Positions 1 to 8,934 of a stretch of 64,000 nt of DNA are shown here, piece after piece (the stretch's first letter is position 1; each line of letters begins with the position of its first letter). The notes beneath the pieces were generated by a model that saw nothing but the letters and a program-made list of their open reading frames with translations, did no database searches and was not told the DNA's origin. The stretch lies in the NCBI GenBank assembly GCA_016211945.1, contig JACRHV010000004.1, positions 2,649 to 66,648 of the forward strand, given 5' to 3'. A program made the position numbers and the translations under genes. This DNA comes from Minisyncoccota bacterium (GTDB taxonomy: Bacteria > Patescibacteriota > Microgenomatia > UBA1400 > UBA12028).

Positions 1-1218
1 TTTCAGTACACAACAGAAACGTTTGCGAATCACTCATTTTGGCAACTCTTGTTTTTTGCGTTCTCTGCCTCGCTTTTGGGTGTTTCCGGATTTGAGAGCA
101 GTGCGAACTTTGTTGAGGAACAGCAGCCAAATGTTTTTAGGAAAACACTTCGTAACATGTTGATAGGCGTTGTGTTCTTTAATCCGTTGATCACACTTAT
201 TGTGCTCCACAGCATGCCAATGAACTCGATCATTCTTGCAAAAGATTTTGTACTTGCTGAGACCGCATTAAACGTTGGTGGAAGATCGATGCAGTATCTC
301 ATTGTTGCTGACGCGTTTTTGGTATTGTCCGGTGCGGTGCTTGCGAGTTTTGTTGGTGCATCAGGTTTGCTCTATCGCATGACTTTAGACCACTGTTTCC
401 CCAGTACAATCTTTCTTCCAAAGTTAAAAGAACGAAATCAAAATACAACGCGTTTGGTTTTGAGTTTTGCCGTGGTAAGTTTATCTATTCTTTTCTTAAC
501 GAAAGGAAGTTTGTTATCTTTGGCCGGCGTGTACACAATAAGCTTTTTAGGTGTCATGACCTTTTTTGCCATTGGAAATGTCATTTTGCGATTCACTCGA
601 TCAGATCTAAAGCGAACATACAAAGGATCATTGATCGTAGCGGTACTGGCTGCCGGCGCAACAACGGCGGGCATCGTGGGAAATATCATGATCGATGCAC
701 AGAACCTTGTCTATTTCTTGGTGTATTTTGTGCCAACTATCTCGCTTGTATTTTGCATGATTTATCGTGATTATATCTTGGAGGCTTTAGTGTTTATGAC
801 AAAAAAGCGGATTCCGTGGTTGTATGGGAAGATTTATCCTTGGTTTGAGCATGTGGTTCGTCCGCGAATAGTGTTGTTTGCGCACCATCCTGTAAAACTG
901 TATAGAGCATTGGAGTATATTCGGAAGAACGAAACGAGCAGAAATATTACGGTAGTATTTTGCAGACGGCAGTCCGAACATCCAGAAGTATTACGAGACC
1001 AATTTGAGCAGTTTATCGCTTTTTTTAAGTCTGCAAAAATCTTTCCACAGTTTAGTATCGATTTTGTCGTGGAGGAAACGATGGAGTTCAGCCCAGAGAC
1101 TGTAAAAGCATTTGCGGTGCGATACAAGATCGGCAGAAACAACGTATTCATTGGCTCAATTCACGAGTCACATGATTTTAGCTTTGAGGAGTTAGGTGGG
1201 GTTCGGATTATTCAGTAG
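1..1218 (+). CDS. APC-family amino acid permease, 5'-truncated by the window, with a cytosolic C-terminal domain
   Basis: Motif SGFESSANFVEEQ, many TM helices and a hydrophilic C-terminal tail; the frame is open back to the window edge. Confidence 0.8.
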   Translation, partial: FQYTTETFANHSFWQLLFFAFSASLLGVSGFESSANFVEEQQPNVFRKTLRNMLIGVVFFNPLITLIVLHSMPMNSIILAKDFVLAETALNVGGRSMQYLIVADAFLVLSGAVLASFVGASGLLYRMTLDHCFPSTIFLPKLKERNQNTTRLVLSFAVVSLSILFLTKGSLLSLAGVYTISFLGVMTFFAIGNVILRFTRSDLKRTYKGSLIVAVLAAGATTAGIVGNIMIDAQNLVYFLVYFVPTISLVFCMIYRDYILEALVFMTKKRIPWLYGKIYPWFEHVVRPRIVLFAHHPVKLYRALEYIRKNETSRNITVVFCRRQSEHPEVLRDQFEQFIAFFKSAKIFPQFSIDFVVEETMEFSPETVKAFAVRYKIGRNNVFIGSIHESHDFSFEELGGVRIIQ

Positions 1219-1220
1219 TC

Positions 1221-1239
1221 AAAATGCATAATGCATTTT
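1221..1239. terminator. Perfect inverted repeat AAAATGCAT-A-ATGCATTTT between convergent genes; possible terminator or protein site
   Basis: Seen directly just after the permease stop; AT-rich, so a weak hairpin. Confidence 0.3.
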
Positions 1240-1268
1240 CGCTGTGTAGGACCACGTAGCTCAAAGTA

Positions 1269-2189
1269 TTATTGCATTTCTCCCCGCAAAGCCTTAATTC
1301 TTTCCGTTACCGGGGGATGTGTGTCAAACAGTCCCGCAAACCAATGCCGTGCTCCTTCGGTATTTCTTAGTGGATTGACGATGTACAAATGTGCGGTTGC
1401 CTTATTTGCCGCTTCCAATGGTTCCTTGTCTTTCTCAAGCTTTTTTAATGCTGAAATAAGTCCGTTTGGATATTTTGTGAGTGCAACACCTGATGCATCC
1501 GCAAAAAACTCTCGCCTGCGTGAAATGGCCAACTGCATGAGTTGTGCGATTAGGGGTGAAAGAAGCGCGAGAACGAGACCAACAAACAAGAAAATAGCCT
1601 GGAGTTGACCATCCTTACTTTCACCATCCTTATTCCTTCGTCCACCACTCCAATAGGTCATTCGTAAAAACCAATCTGCGAGTAAAGCGATGAGACCAAC
1701 CAGTACAGTTACTACAGACATCAGGCGAATATCATAGTTACGAATGTGTGAAAGTTCGTGGGCGATCACTCCTTCGAGCTCTGTTCTGTTTAGCGTTGCT
1801 AACAGCCCAGTAGTAGCACAAATGACTGCATGTTTTGGATCTCGTCCTGTTGCAAACGCATTCATTGCAGTGTCTTCAATCACATACAGCCGAGGCATGG
1901 GAAGTTGCGCCGCCATCGCAAGGTTTTCTGCCACGGTGTAAAAATGAAAGTCTTTTTTACGGTTTGCTTCGCGTGCACCGCTCATCCCTAAAATAATCTG
2001 ATCGGAATAGTAATAGCTCACAAAACTGCTCAAACCAGAAAAAATAAACGCAAACCCAACGATGTCTAGTCCGTATCCCATCGCCCGTGAAAACACATAG
2101 GTAACACCCATGACAAACAACGAAAAAAGAAGCATGATCACCACGCTATTCCGTTTGTTGCGATCAACATTTTCGTAGATATTGACCAT
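1269..2189 (-). CDS. htpX: M48 zinc metalloprotease HtpX
   Basis: NAFATG, HELSH (HExxH), SRRREFFAD and THPP motifs; downstream of lemA. Confidence 0.95.
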   Translation of the reverse strand: MVNIYENVDRNKRNSVVIMLLFSLFVMGVTYVFSRAMGYGLDIVGFAFIFSGLSSFVSYYYSDQIILGMSGAREANRKKDFHFYTVAENLAMAAQLPMPRLYVIEDTAMNAFATGRDPKHAVICATTGLLATLNRTELEGVIAHELSHIRNYDIRLMSVVTVLVGLIALLADWFLRMTYWSGGRRNKDGESKDGQLQAIFLFVGLVLALLSPLIAQLMQLAISRRREFFADASGVALTKYPNGLISALKKLEKDKEPLEAANKATAHLYIVNPLRNTEGARHWFAGLFDTHPPVTERIKALRGEMQ

Positions 2190-2201
2190 GTGTTCCTGAT
2201 G

Positions 2202-2789
2202 TTAGAGAGAAACTTTGACGTCTTTTGTTTCTTTGTCAGAAACCTTCGTGTGGCTTCCGGTCAACGGAGTTTCAAGACCTTTTTCGGGCTGGAATCCGAA
2301 CGCATTTGCCACAAGATTTGTCGGGAAGGTCACCAGTTTCACATTGAAATCTTGAGAAAGATCGATCAAGGTGCGACGGCTATACATGAGTTTATCCGCA
2401 GTATCGCGAAGTTCCTCCATAAACTGGCCGATCGTCTCGTTTGCCTGGAGCTGTGGGTTACTCTCCACAAGCACTTGAATTTTTGGTAGCAGACTTTGAA
2501 TTTGGTTCGACGCCTTTTCAGCAGAGGCCATTGATTTATCTTTGACTGCCTTATCTACAGCGGTTCGTGCATTGGTAAGCATGGTATATACGTCTTTTTC
2601 GTGTTTGAGGTATGCTTTTACCGATTCCTGGAGGTTTGGAATGAGATTAGCCTGTCTTTTCAACTGATTCCCAATCTCTTGAATGGAGGCAACAATGCGT
2701 GTCTTGATCGTTTGCAGATCGTTATAAACACCAATGACGTATAACGCAACTGCGAGTGCTATCACTCCTAAAACGAGAAGCGGCGACAT
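2202..2789 (-). CDS. lemA: LemA family protein
   Basis: N-terminal TM, QLKRQANLIPNL, ESNPQLQA, FPTNLVA; AAGGAGG RBS before ATG 2789. Confidence 0.9.
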   Translation of the reverse strand: MSPLLVLGVIALAVALYVIGVYNDLQTIKTRIVASIQEIGNQLKRQANLIPNLQESVKAYLKHEKDVYTMLTNARTAVDKAVKDKSMASAEKASNQIQSLLPKIQVLVESNPQLQANETIGQFMEELRDTADKLMYSRRTLIDLSQDFNVKLVTFPTNLVANAFGFQPEKGLETPLTGSHTKVSDKETKDVKVSL

Positions 2790-2799
2790 ATTTCCTCCT

Positions 2800-3216
2800 T
2801 TATTCCTCTGCGGTAATAACCATTTTATTTTTCTTGATGACGAATGTGTAGATATGAGAATCGAGATCATTATTTACGTCTGTTGCGTATACAGAGAGTT
2901 TCCCCCTCAAGACGTTGTGTGGGATAAAGTACTTTGATGACTGAGTACCCGCATAGATATTCTTCAGATAGGTGCCGTTTTTCGTTTTTCCACCACCTTG
3001 CGCACCTTCCTGGATTTCCTTTCCTTTTGCGGAGCGGACGTACTCAAAGGTATACCGAACTTTTTTTGCCCTCGTGACTTTCACTTGAAAAAGTTTCGAT
3101 TTTGTATAGAAAAACGAGTATCCAGGACCAATTTCCTCTGCCGATACCTTTGGTGGTGTGAACAACCCAGAAAGAAGTACCGAGATTGCAACAAGAAAGG
3201 AGAATAATTTCTTCAT
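2800..3216 (-). CDS. Secreted hypothetical protein; shares a domain with 51210..52010
   Basis: MKK signal peptide with VSA cleavage site; extended -10 box 6 nt upstream. Confidence 0.7.
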   Translation of the reverse strand: MKKLFSFLVAISVLLSGLFTPPKVSAEEIGPGYSFFYTKSKLFQVKVTRAKKVRYTFEYVRSAKGKEIQEGAQGGGKTKNGTYLKNIYAGTQSSKYFIPHNVLRGKLSVYATDVNNDLDSHIYTFVIKKNKMVITAEE

Positions 3217-3253
3217 GCCCATAGCGTACCACAGATTTGCAAGAAGATCGACC

Positions 3254-3282
3254 TTGTCTCTAGTACCCTCGCCTGATACAAT
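3254..3282 (+). promoter_or_regulatory. Sigma70-type promoter for tRNA-Asp (TTGTCT-N17-TACAAT, extended -10 TG)
   Basis: Consensus-like boxes at 17 bp spacing, 9 nt before the tRNA. Confidence 0.65.
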
Positions 3283-3291
3283 GCCACCGAT

Positions 3292-3364
3292 GGGCCCGTG
3301 GTGTAGTGGTTAACATGTCTCCCTGTCACGGAGAAGATCGTCGGTTCGAATCCGATCGGGCTCG
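3292..3364 (+). tRNA. tRNA-Asp(GTC), no encoded CCA
   Basis: Acceptor GGGCCCG/CGGGCTC, anticodon arm TCTCC-CTGTCAC-GGAGA, T-loop TTCGAAT. Confidence 0.95.
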
Positions 3365-3375
3365 CAGGTTTTCGT

Positions 3376-3786
3376 ATGAAAAATACAACACTGAAATCAC
3401 TTCTCAAGTCCATGAAAACGTATGAAACGGTGATGAGTTTTCTTTTTGGATTTATTGCGATATGTTCGAGTATTTGGCTTTTGTTTACCTACGCCCAGCC
3501 TTACTTGGGATCGTTTGGGTTTAGAGGTGACGTATTTGATGGGGCAAAAACATGGTGGAAGGAAGTGCGAGTAAAACCGACACCGTCTCCTGTACTTCAA
3601 CTTTCTGGATCAGCGTATCAAAATGGTCGTGTCCACCGTACAACGGCAACTGACACACTGTGGAAACTCGCACAGCAGTATTACAATGATGGATACCAAT
3701 GGACGAGAATTTACGAGGCAAACAAAGCGATTATTGCTAACCCAAATGTGTTGGAGAAGGATTTAGATCTTGTGATTCCTGAATAG
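3376..3786 (+). CDS. Membrane-anchored LysM peptidoglycan-binding protein
   Basis: N-terminal TM; DTLWKLAQQYY...WTRIYEAN...NPNVL LysM signature. Confidence 0.85.
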   Translation: MKNTTLKSLLKSMKTYETVMSFLFGFIAICSSIWLLFTYAQPYLGSFGFRGDVFDGAKTWWKEVRVKPTPSPVLQLSGSAYQNGRVHRTTATDTLWKLAQQYYNDGYQWTRIYEANKAIIANPNVLEKDLDLVIPE

Positions 3787-3807
3787 AGTTGCTGTCCGAG
3801 GAGGCGT

Positions 3808-3878
3808 GCGGGTGTGGTTCAGTGGCAGAATGCATCCTTCCCAAGGATGAGATGAGGGTCCGATTCCCTTCACCCGCT
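3808..3878 (+). tRNA. tRNA-Gly(CCC), T-loop variant TCCGATT, no encoded CCA
   Basis: Acceptor GCGGGTG/CACCCGC, anticodon arm CATCC-TTCCCAA-GGATG, discriminator T. Confidence 0.92.
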
Positions 3879-3887
3879 CAAAAATAT

Positions 3888-4256
3888 ATGAATTACAGAG
3901 GAATAATTATCGAAGAGAGTCTTGATAATACATCAGTTCTGAATAAGATGAGGATTGTAGAAACAAAAATTGAGCCTGTAACTCCCGAACACAAAACGCC
4001 ATGGCTTCAACAGTGGACCCTTCATACAGTAGAAATTCCAGAGGAAAAAAGCGAAGAAATCACACAAGATCTAAGTAAATCTTTTGATAAAGAACACATA
4101 AGTTGGTATGCCGATTATAAAAACGACAAGCATCACTATGTTATTTATCCAGGTAGAGTATTTAAAGTAGATTTGCGAAACCCAGTACTCTATAACGACG
4201 CGAGAGCATATGGAATCTCTCTCGGTATACCGGAATATCAAATTATAAACTTGTGA
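3888..4256 (+). CDS. Hypothetical protein
   Basis: ATG just after tRNA-Gly; the ORF track's longer start runs through the tRNA and is rejected. Confidence 0.75.
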   Translation: MNYRGIIIEESLDNTSVLNKMRIVETKIEPVTPEHKTPWLQQWTLHTVEIPEEKSEEITQDLSKSFDKEHISWYADYKNDKHHYVIYPGRVFKVDLRNPVLYNDARAYGISLGIPEYQIINL

Positions 4257-4318
4257 AAAGATTGGGTGTACGAGAAGATCGAACAACTGAAATAAGTTGG
4301 TGATAAAATGTCACCATC

Positions 4319-4963
4319 TCAAAGAGATACTTTGAATAAGTTATACTTTCGACATTTATCATCACTCAGTTTTTTATCAATCCAAGCAACCCTCAAATTA
4401 TTTTCAGACACAAGCTTATTGAAATAATCCATATCAGACCATTCTGCAAGCACAATAAAAGCGTACCCGGTTGGTTTAAGATATTGCTTGAGATTTATCA
4501 AAAAATTTCTCATAAATTCTTTTGCTCCATAGCAAGAGTAATCCAGTGTATCCGTTATCTTCCCCTCAATAAAAGGTCCATTAGCGTATATTTGGTCAAA
4601 TTTTTCTACTGGAACATTCTGAAACAAATTACTAAGAATAGTATTCATTTTTACTTCATATCGTGAAAAATTTTCTATAGCATTTTCGATAGCCTTGGGG
4701 TTAATATCAACCGCAATTCCAGTGGCACCTTGGAGTCCAGCAACAATCGATGTAATGCCTGATCCCGTTGTAAGATCCAGTACCCTCACTCCTTTTGCAA
4801 CTTTAATGTGAGAAACAAGGAGTTTTGTGTCTGTCGCTGGTGGAAATACTCCTGCATGGACAGAAATTTCAATACCCTGAATGGTATACATAGCTGACTT
4901 CGTTCGAGCCTTCTGATTTTTCAGGAATGTTTGCTGATGTGCCTTAATTTCCTTCAAACTCAT
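4319..4963 (-). CDS. HemK/PrmC-like class I SAM methyltransferase
   Basis: GVFPPATDT, VLDLTTGSG (motif I), VDINPKA, ANGPF (NPPY-like). Confidence 0.8.
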   Translation of the reverse strand: MSLKEIKAHQQTFLKNQKARTKSAMYTIQGIEISVHAGVFPPATDTKLLVSHIKVAKGVRVLDLTTGSGITSIVAGLQGATGIAVDINPKAIENAIENFSRYEVKMNTILSNLFQNVPVEKFDQIYANGPFIEGKITDTLDYSCYGAKEFMRNFLINLKQYLKPTGYAFIVLAEWSDMDYFNKLVSENNLRVAWIDKKLSDDKCRKYNLFKVSL

Positions 4964-5015
4964 AGTAGCGCTATTATATTCCCTTTATTCATCACCAAAG
5001 TGATATCATAAAGGC

Positions 5016-5396
5016 ATGAAAACTAAAGTCTTTACACCAAAAGCTCCCTCTCCAGGATCAGGCCCATTTTCTCAAGCAATTATTGCCAATAATTTTGTTT
5101 TCACACAGGGTTCAATTTATCTCACTCCTGAAGGCAAATTGTTGGAAGGGACAATTGATGAACAAATCCACCAAATCATGAGAAATCTTCAAGCAATTCT
5201 AGAAGAAGCTGACGCAACATTTTCAGATGTCGTAAAAACAACAATTTTTGTTACTGATATGACGATATATGGGAAAGTAAATGAGATATATGCGAGTTAT
5301 ATGTCTGACCCATATCCAGCGAGGGAAACCGTATGTGTAAAGGAGCTTCCACTGGGTGCAAAAGCGGAGATAAGCATGATCGCGATAAAAAAATAA
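5016..5396 (+). CDS. ridA: RidA/YjgF enamine-imine deaminase
   Basis: GPFSQAI, DVVKTTIF, YPARETV, LPLGAKAEI. Confidence 0.92.
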   Translation: MKTKVFTPKAPSPGSGPFSQAIIANNFVFTQGSIYLTPEGKLLEGTIDEQIHQIMRNLQAILEEADATFSDVVKTTIFVTDMTIYGKVNEIYASYMSDPYPARETVCVKELPLGAKAEISMIAIKK

Positions 5397-5405
5397 TTAA
5401 ATACC

Positions 5406-5774
5406 ATGAGTAATCTTGAAAATGCAATACGCGAGCACAGTGAAAATGAGTTGTTCAAGGACTTTGCGCCAGCGCGCATGAAACCGCTTGGAACATTCAC
5501 CTTCGAGTCTCCCTGGAATAACTTTCATCGATTTTTCTACAGTGAGCGTAGTACTGCCAGAGAAGTTCCTGTTTGGAAAAGGTTCGTAGCGTTATTTCCC
5601 GATCTTGCGCAAGAACTCACAACTGAAACAATTGCCGCAGTGGAAAGGATGAAGACAACACATGATCCTCAGGAACTACCCATAGAGAAACTTAAGAAGG
5701 CATATGAAATCATGTCACAATTAGTGAGTATTCATGACCCATGTGCAGAGAATGAGGAGTATCTTATTGGTTAA
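5406..5774 (+). CDS. Hypothetical protein
   Basis: 122-aa ORF 9 bp after ridA; no recognised motif. Confidence 0.6.
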   Translation: MSNLENAIREHSENELFKDFAPARMKPLGTFTFESPWNNFHRFFYSERSTAREVPVWKRFVALFPDLAQELTTETIAAVERMKTTHDPQELPIEKLKKAYEIMSQLVSIHDPCAENEEYLIG

Positions 5775-5811
5775 ATGCTCGAGAATAATAGAGTATAATC
5801 AACTTGTCGTT

Positions 5812-5882
5812 GCCTCCCTAGCTTAGTGGAAAAGCAGCGGTATCGTAAACCGCGGACGACAGTTCGATTCTGTCGGGAGGCT
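5812..5882 (+). tRNA. tRNA-Thr(CGT), no encoded CCA
   Basis: Acceptor GCCTCCC/GGGAGGC, anticodon arm GCGGT-ATCGTAA-ACCGC, T-loop TTCGATT; TATAAT upstream. Confidence 0.92.
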
Positions 5883-5903
5883 CACAGGTATACAACAACG
5901 TAT

Positions 5904-6617
5904 ATGGCAAACTACAGCAGATTATCGAAATTTGAACAACAAAAGATTGCCCGCCAGTCGGTCACGCTTCTTTTTTTTACCGTGGTCATCATCTCATTAT
6001 TTATCTTCGTCATCATGCCTGCCTCAACGCGTATTTTTGAGTTGTTCTCACCCAAAAAGCAATCATCACTCATTCCCCAAGAATCTACACTTCCACCACA
6101 AGTTCCTATCCTTTTCTCCCTTCCCGAGGCAACCAACAGTGCTGAACTCGCGGTTTCTGGATATGGAGAAGCAGACACAAAGGTCACGTTGTTCAATAAT
6201 GGAACTCGTGTACAGGAAGTAACGGTAGATAAAGGTGGTCAATTTTCTTTTGGATACTTTACGTTGTCTGAAGGTGACAACCTTATTTTTGTCCGATCCA
6301 GAAATACACAAAACGCCGAGTCAAACTCGAAGCAATATACTGCGGTGTTTGATGTAAAACCGCCTACACTTACAATCTCAGAACCCGCTGATGGTTTTAC
6401 CGTAACACGGAAAAGAGAGCAAGTGGTGACCGTGAAAGGGCAAACGGAGTCTAAAACACGTGTGTATCTGAATGATCGTCTGCTTTTTACAGATAATCAA
6501 GCGAATTTCTCCGGTACATACCAACTTGCAGAAGGAGATAATATATTGACTGTGCGTGCGGTAGACACTGCTGGTAACGTAGCTGAAAAACAAATCAAAG
6601 TTTCCTATCGCCCCTGA
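5904..6617 (+). CDS. Membrane-anchored protein with two bacterial Ig-like domains
   Basis: TM helix then beta-rich repeats (LSEGDNLI / LAEGDNIL, DVKPPTL, AVDTAGN). Confidence 0.8.
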   Translation: MANYSRLSKFEQQKIARQSVTLLFFTVVIISLFIFVIMPASTRIFELFSPKKQSSLIPQESTLPPQVPILFSLPEATNSAELAVSGYGEADTKVTLFNNGTRVQEVTVDKGGQFSFGYFTLSEGDNLIFVRSRNTQNAESNSKQYTAVFDVKPPTLTISEPADGFTVTRKREQVVTVKGQTESKTRVYLNDRLLFTDNQANFSGTYQLAEGDNILTVRAVDTAGNVAEKQIKVSYRP

Positions 6618-7711
6618 TTCATCATGTTCTTCAGGAACTTTTCTACGTTTTTTCCACTTTTTTCCCATGTCCACCGTGTACGTACATCTCGCACGCCATT
6701 TTCCCCAAGCTCCTTTTGAAGCTTGGGATGTTTAAGTAAAAAGGTGATGGTTTTTGCAATCTCCTTTGCATTTGGCGGAACAAAAAAGGCTGTTTTTCCA
6801 TGGAGTACTGTTTCCTTGTAACCACCCTCCCTTATTACGATCCCAGGGGTTCCACACGCCAACGACTCAAGAAATGTCAATCCAAACGTCTCATTTCTAC
6901 TTAGGCACATGGTGATACGCGAGGTGTTGTACGCAGAGCGCAACTCGGCGTCAGTGAGTGGTGTGTTACGTTCGCGTGCATGAATAAAGTGAGTCCGAAG
7001 TTTTGTCTTCATGTGTTGGAGTGCCTGCGTGAGGAGGTCAAATCCCTCCGTCGAGACCGGTCCACCAACAAATAACACATCATACTTCTTCTTTTCTTTC
7101 GTCGGAAAAAATAACGAGGTATCAATCCCAAGATAGCAAACCTCTGCCCGTAATCCATACGCTTTATATATGCGCTTTTGTGTCGAGTGTGAGTTTGTTA
7201 ATACCATGGTGGATTGATGAATAAGAAATGCGTCAAGCACTCTGCGTAAACCTCGATTCATCGTTTCATAGAATCTCTTGAATCCTTTGAGATCATCTGG
7301 AAGTCGATAAAACGGGTCATGAACAATACGCAACGGCTCTTGGCAGTAAAAACAGGTGGGAATCCTCGTCCATTTCAAGAATGCCAATACATACGGCGTT
7401 TGTGTATAGCAGGATGGGTGGACAAAAACACAGTCGGCTTTCCAAGAAAGTATGTCACGGGTTATCTTGAGATGTAGCACTGCCAGCCGAACAAGATCCC
7501 ATGTATCATGCCGAATTCGACCAAGTCCTTTTGCATTTGACGGTGAATGAAACGCGTAGATAGTGTGATTCAGCGCTGCATAATCATCTGAATTACCATA
7601 ATCCACTGCAAAAATCTTGACGTCATGTTTTTTTGTCAGTTCTTTCGCCAACTCCAGAGCAGCACGCCGGGCGCCACCGATGTTTAACTCGTAGAAAACT
7701 GCAACTCTCAT
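6605..7711 (-). CDS. GT4 glycosyltransferase
   Basis: GGARR near the N-terminus; ETFGLTFLESLACGTP (EX7E). Confidence 0.9.
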   Translation of the reverse strand: MRVAVFYELNIGGARRAALELAKELTKKHDVKIFAVDYGNSDDYAALNHTIYAFHSPSNAKGLGRIRHDTWDLVRLAVLHLKITRDILSWKADCVFVHPSCYTQTPYVLAFLKWTRIPTCFYCQEPLRIVHDPFYRLPDDLKGFKRFYETMNRGLRRVLDAFLIHQSTMVLTNSHSTQKRIYKAYGLRAEVCYLGIDTSLFFPTKEKKKYDVLFVGGPVSTEGFDLLTQALQHMKTKLRTHFIHARERNTPLTDAELRSAYNTSRITMCLSRNETFGLTFLESLACGTPGIVIREGGYKETVLHGKTAFFVPPNAKEIAKTITFLLKHPKLQKELGENGVRDVRTRWTWEKSGKNVEKFLKNMMNQGR

Positions 7712-8934
7712 CGCCTGCTCCGTAATGTGTGCCAAGAAGAAAGGAAGAAAGCAGGCTGAACAATGAGACGTGCGAGAAGAAGCGCCCACCCCGCACCCAC
7801 AAACCCTCCGCGAGGTATGAAATAGAATAAGAGCGGAACCATGGCAATAAGGTAGAGAAAAGTCATCAGTGCGTTATAGTACGTTTTTTGTTTCACGATG
7901 AACAACGGCGAACAAATATTATTGATAGCCTGCATGTATGCGGCGCCAAGAAGAAAAGGAAGAATTGGTACAATTGGAAGCCATTTTTCACCCAAAACAA
8001 ATCGGACTAAAGGTTCTGCGTAGAAAAAAAGTGCGGCAAGTGGAGCCAAGAGGAGAACTGCAAGCAAAAAGATGCTAAGGAAAAACGCTCTCGTAAGTCG
8101 AGGAAGATCATGCGTAATTTTTCCAAAAATGGGGAAGACTGTTTGTGCTGAGATATCGCCAATCTCACCAATTGCGGTTTGAGACACATTAAATGCGGTG
8201 TCGTAGTACCCAAGTGTTGAGGTTCCGAGGAGCTTTGCAATAATGAGATTATCTAAATTCGAACCGAGATATGCCAAAACACCACTTACATTGAGCCAGG
8301 CGCCGAATCGAAGTACTTCCTTAAATTTTGTAAACTCAAAGTTCAATCTTGGTTTAGGAGAGACAAACGCCAACGTTATCGCCGTCTCAACACAAACGGA
8401 GATGAGTTGACTGAGGATCAATGCAACTGGACTTCGTAGAAGATACGCGAGACCAATCGCACTCAATACATCAACGACAATTAAGATGAGACGAATAATG
8501 ACATCCTTATGATATGCAAATGTGCGTTGAAACAACGCCACAGACGGGTTAATAAACCCCTTGATCAGTGGAATGCAAACCGCAACCCACATAAGCGGCA
8601 CAATCGTGGGTTCACGGTAGAACCAAGAGAGTGGATAGGTAAGTGAGGTGAGTATCGCACTGATGACGATTCCCCGCAATACAGAAACATGCCAGGCAGT
8701 GTTGATGTATTTTTTTGGATCCTTTGTAGTCTGAACAAGAAAGGGGTTAATGCCTGTCTCTGTTAACATTTCTGTCAGCGCAAGCATGATCACCACAATA
8801 CCGAACAGTCCGAAATCACGCGGAGACAGAATGCGGGCCAAGATGACAATTTTTAATAAAACAAGTCCTTTGGTACAGACTTTGAGAAAAGTTAACCATC
8901 GTAAACCGAAGATTGCATCACGTGTGTATCCCAT
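7708..8934 (-). CDS. Wzx/MOP-family polysaccharide flippase
   Basis: LARILSPRDFGL, about 12 TMs, LGYYDTA, LGEKW. Confidence 0.9.
   Translation of the reverse strand: MGYTRDAIFGLRWLTFLKVCTKGLVLLKIVILARILSPRDFGLFGIVVIMLALTEMLTETGINPFLVQTTKDPKKYINTAWHVSVLRGIVISAILTSLTYPLSWFYREPTIVPLMWVAVCIPLIKGFINPSVALFQRTFAYHKDVIIRLILIVVDVLSAIGLAYLLRSPVALILSQLISVCVETAITLAFVSPKPRLNFEFTKFKEVLRFGAWLNVSGVLAYLGSNLDNLIIAKLLGTSTLGYYDTAFNVSQTAIGEIGDISAQTVFPIFGKITHDLPRLTRAFFLSIFLLAVLLLAPLAALFFYAEPLVRFVLGEKWLPIVPILPFLLGAAYMQAINNICSPLFIVKQKTYYNALMTFLYLIAMVPLLFYFIPRGGFVGAGWALLLARLIVQPAFFLSSWHTLRSRR

Noticed and set aside
3789-3887. N-terminal extensions of ORFs 3789..4256 and 5826..6617, and ORF 3213..3413
   Set aside because: They are translations of tRNA genes; the likely starts are 3888 and 5904
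3808-5882. Integrated element at tRNA-Gly or tRNA-Thr
   Set aside because: No integrase and no duplicated tRNA 3' end (att) found by eye
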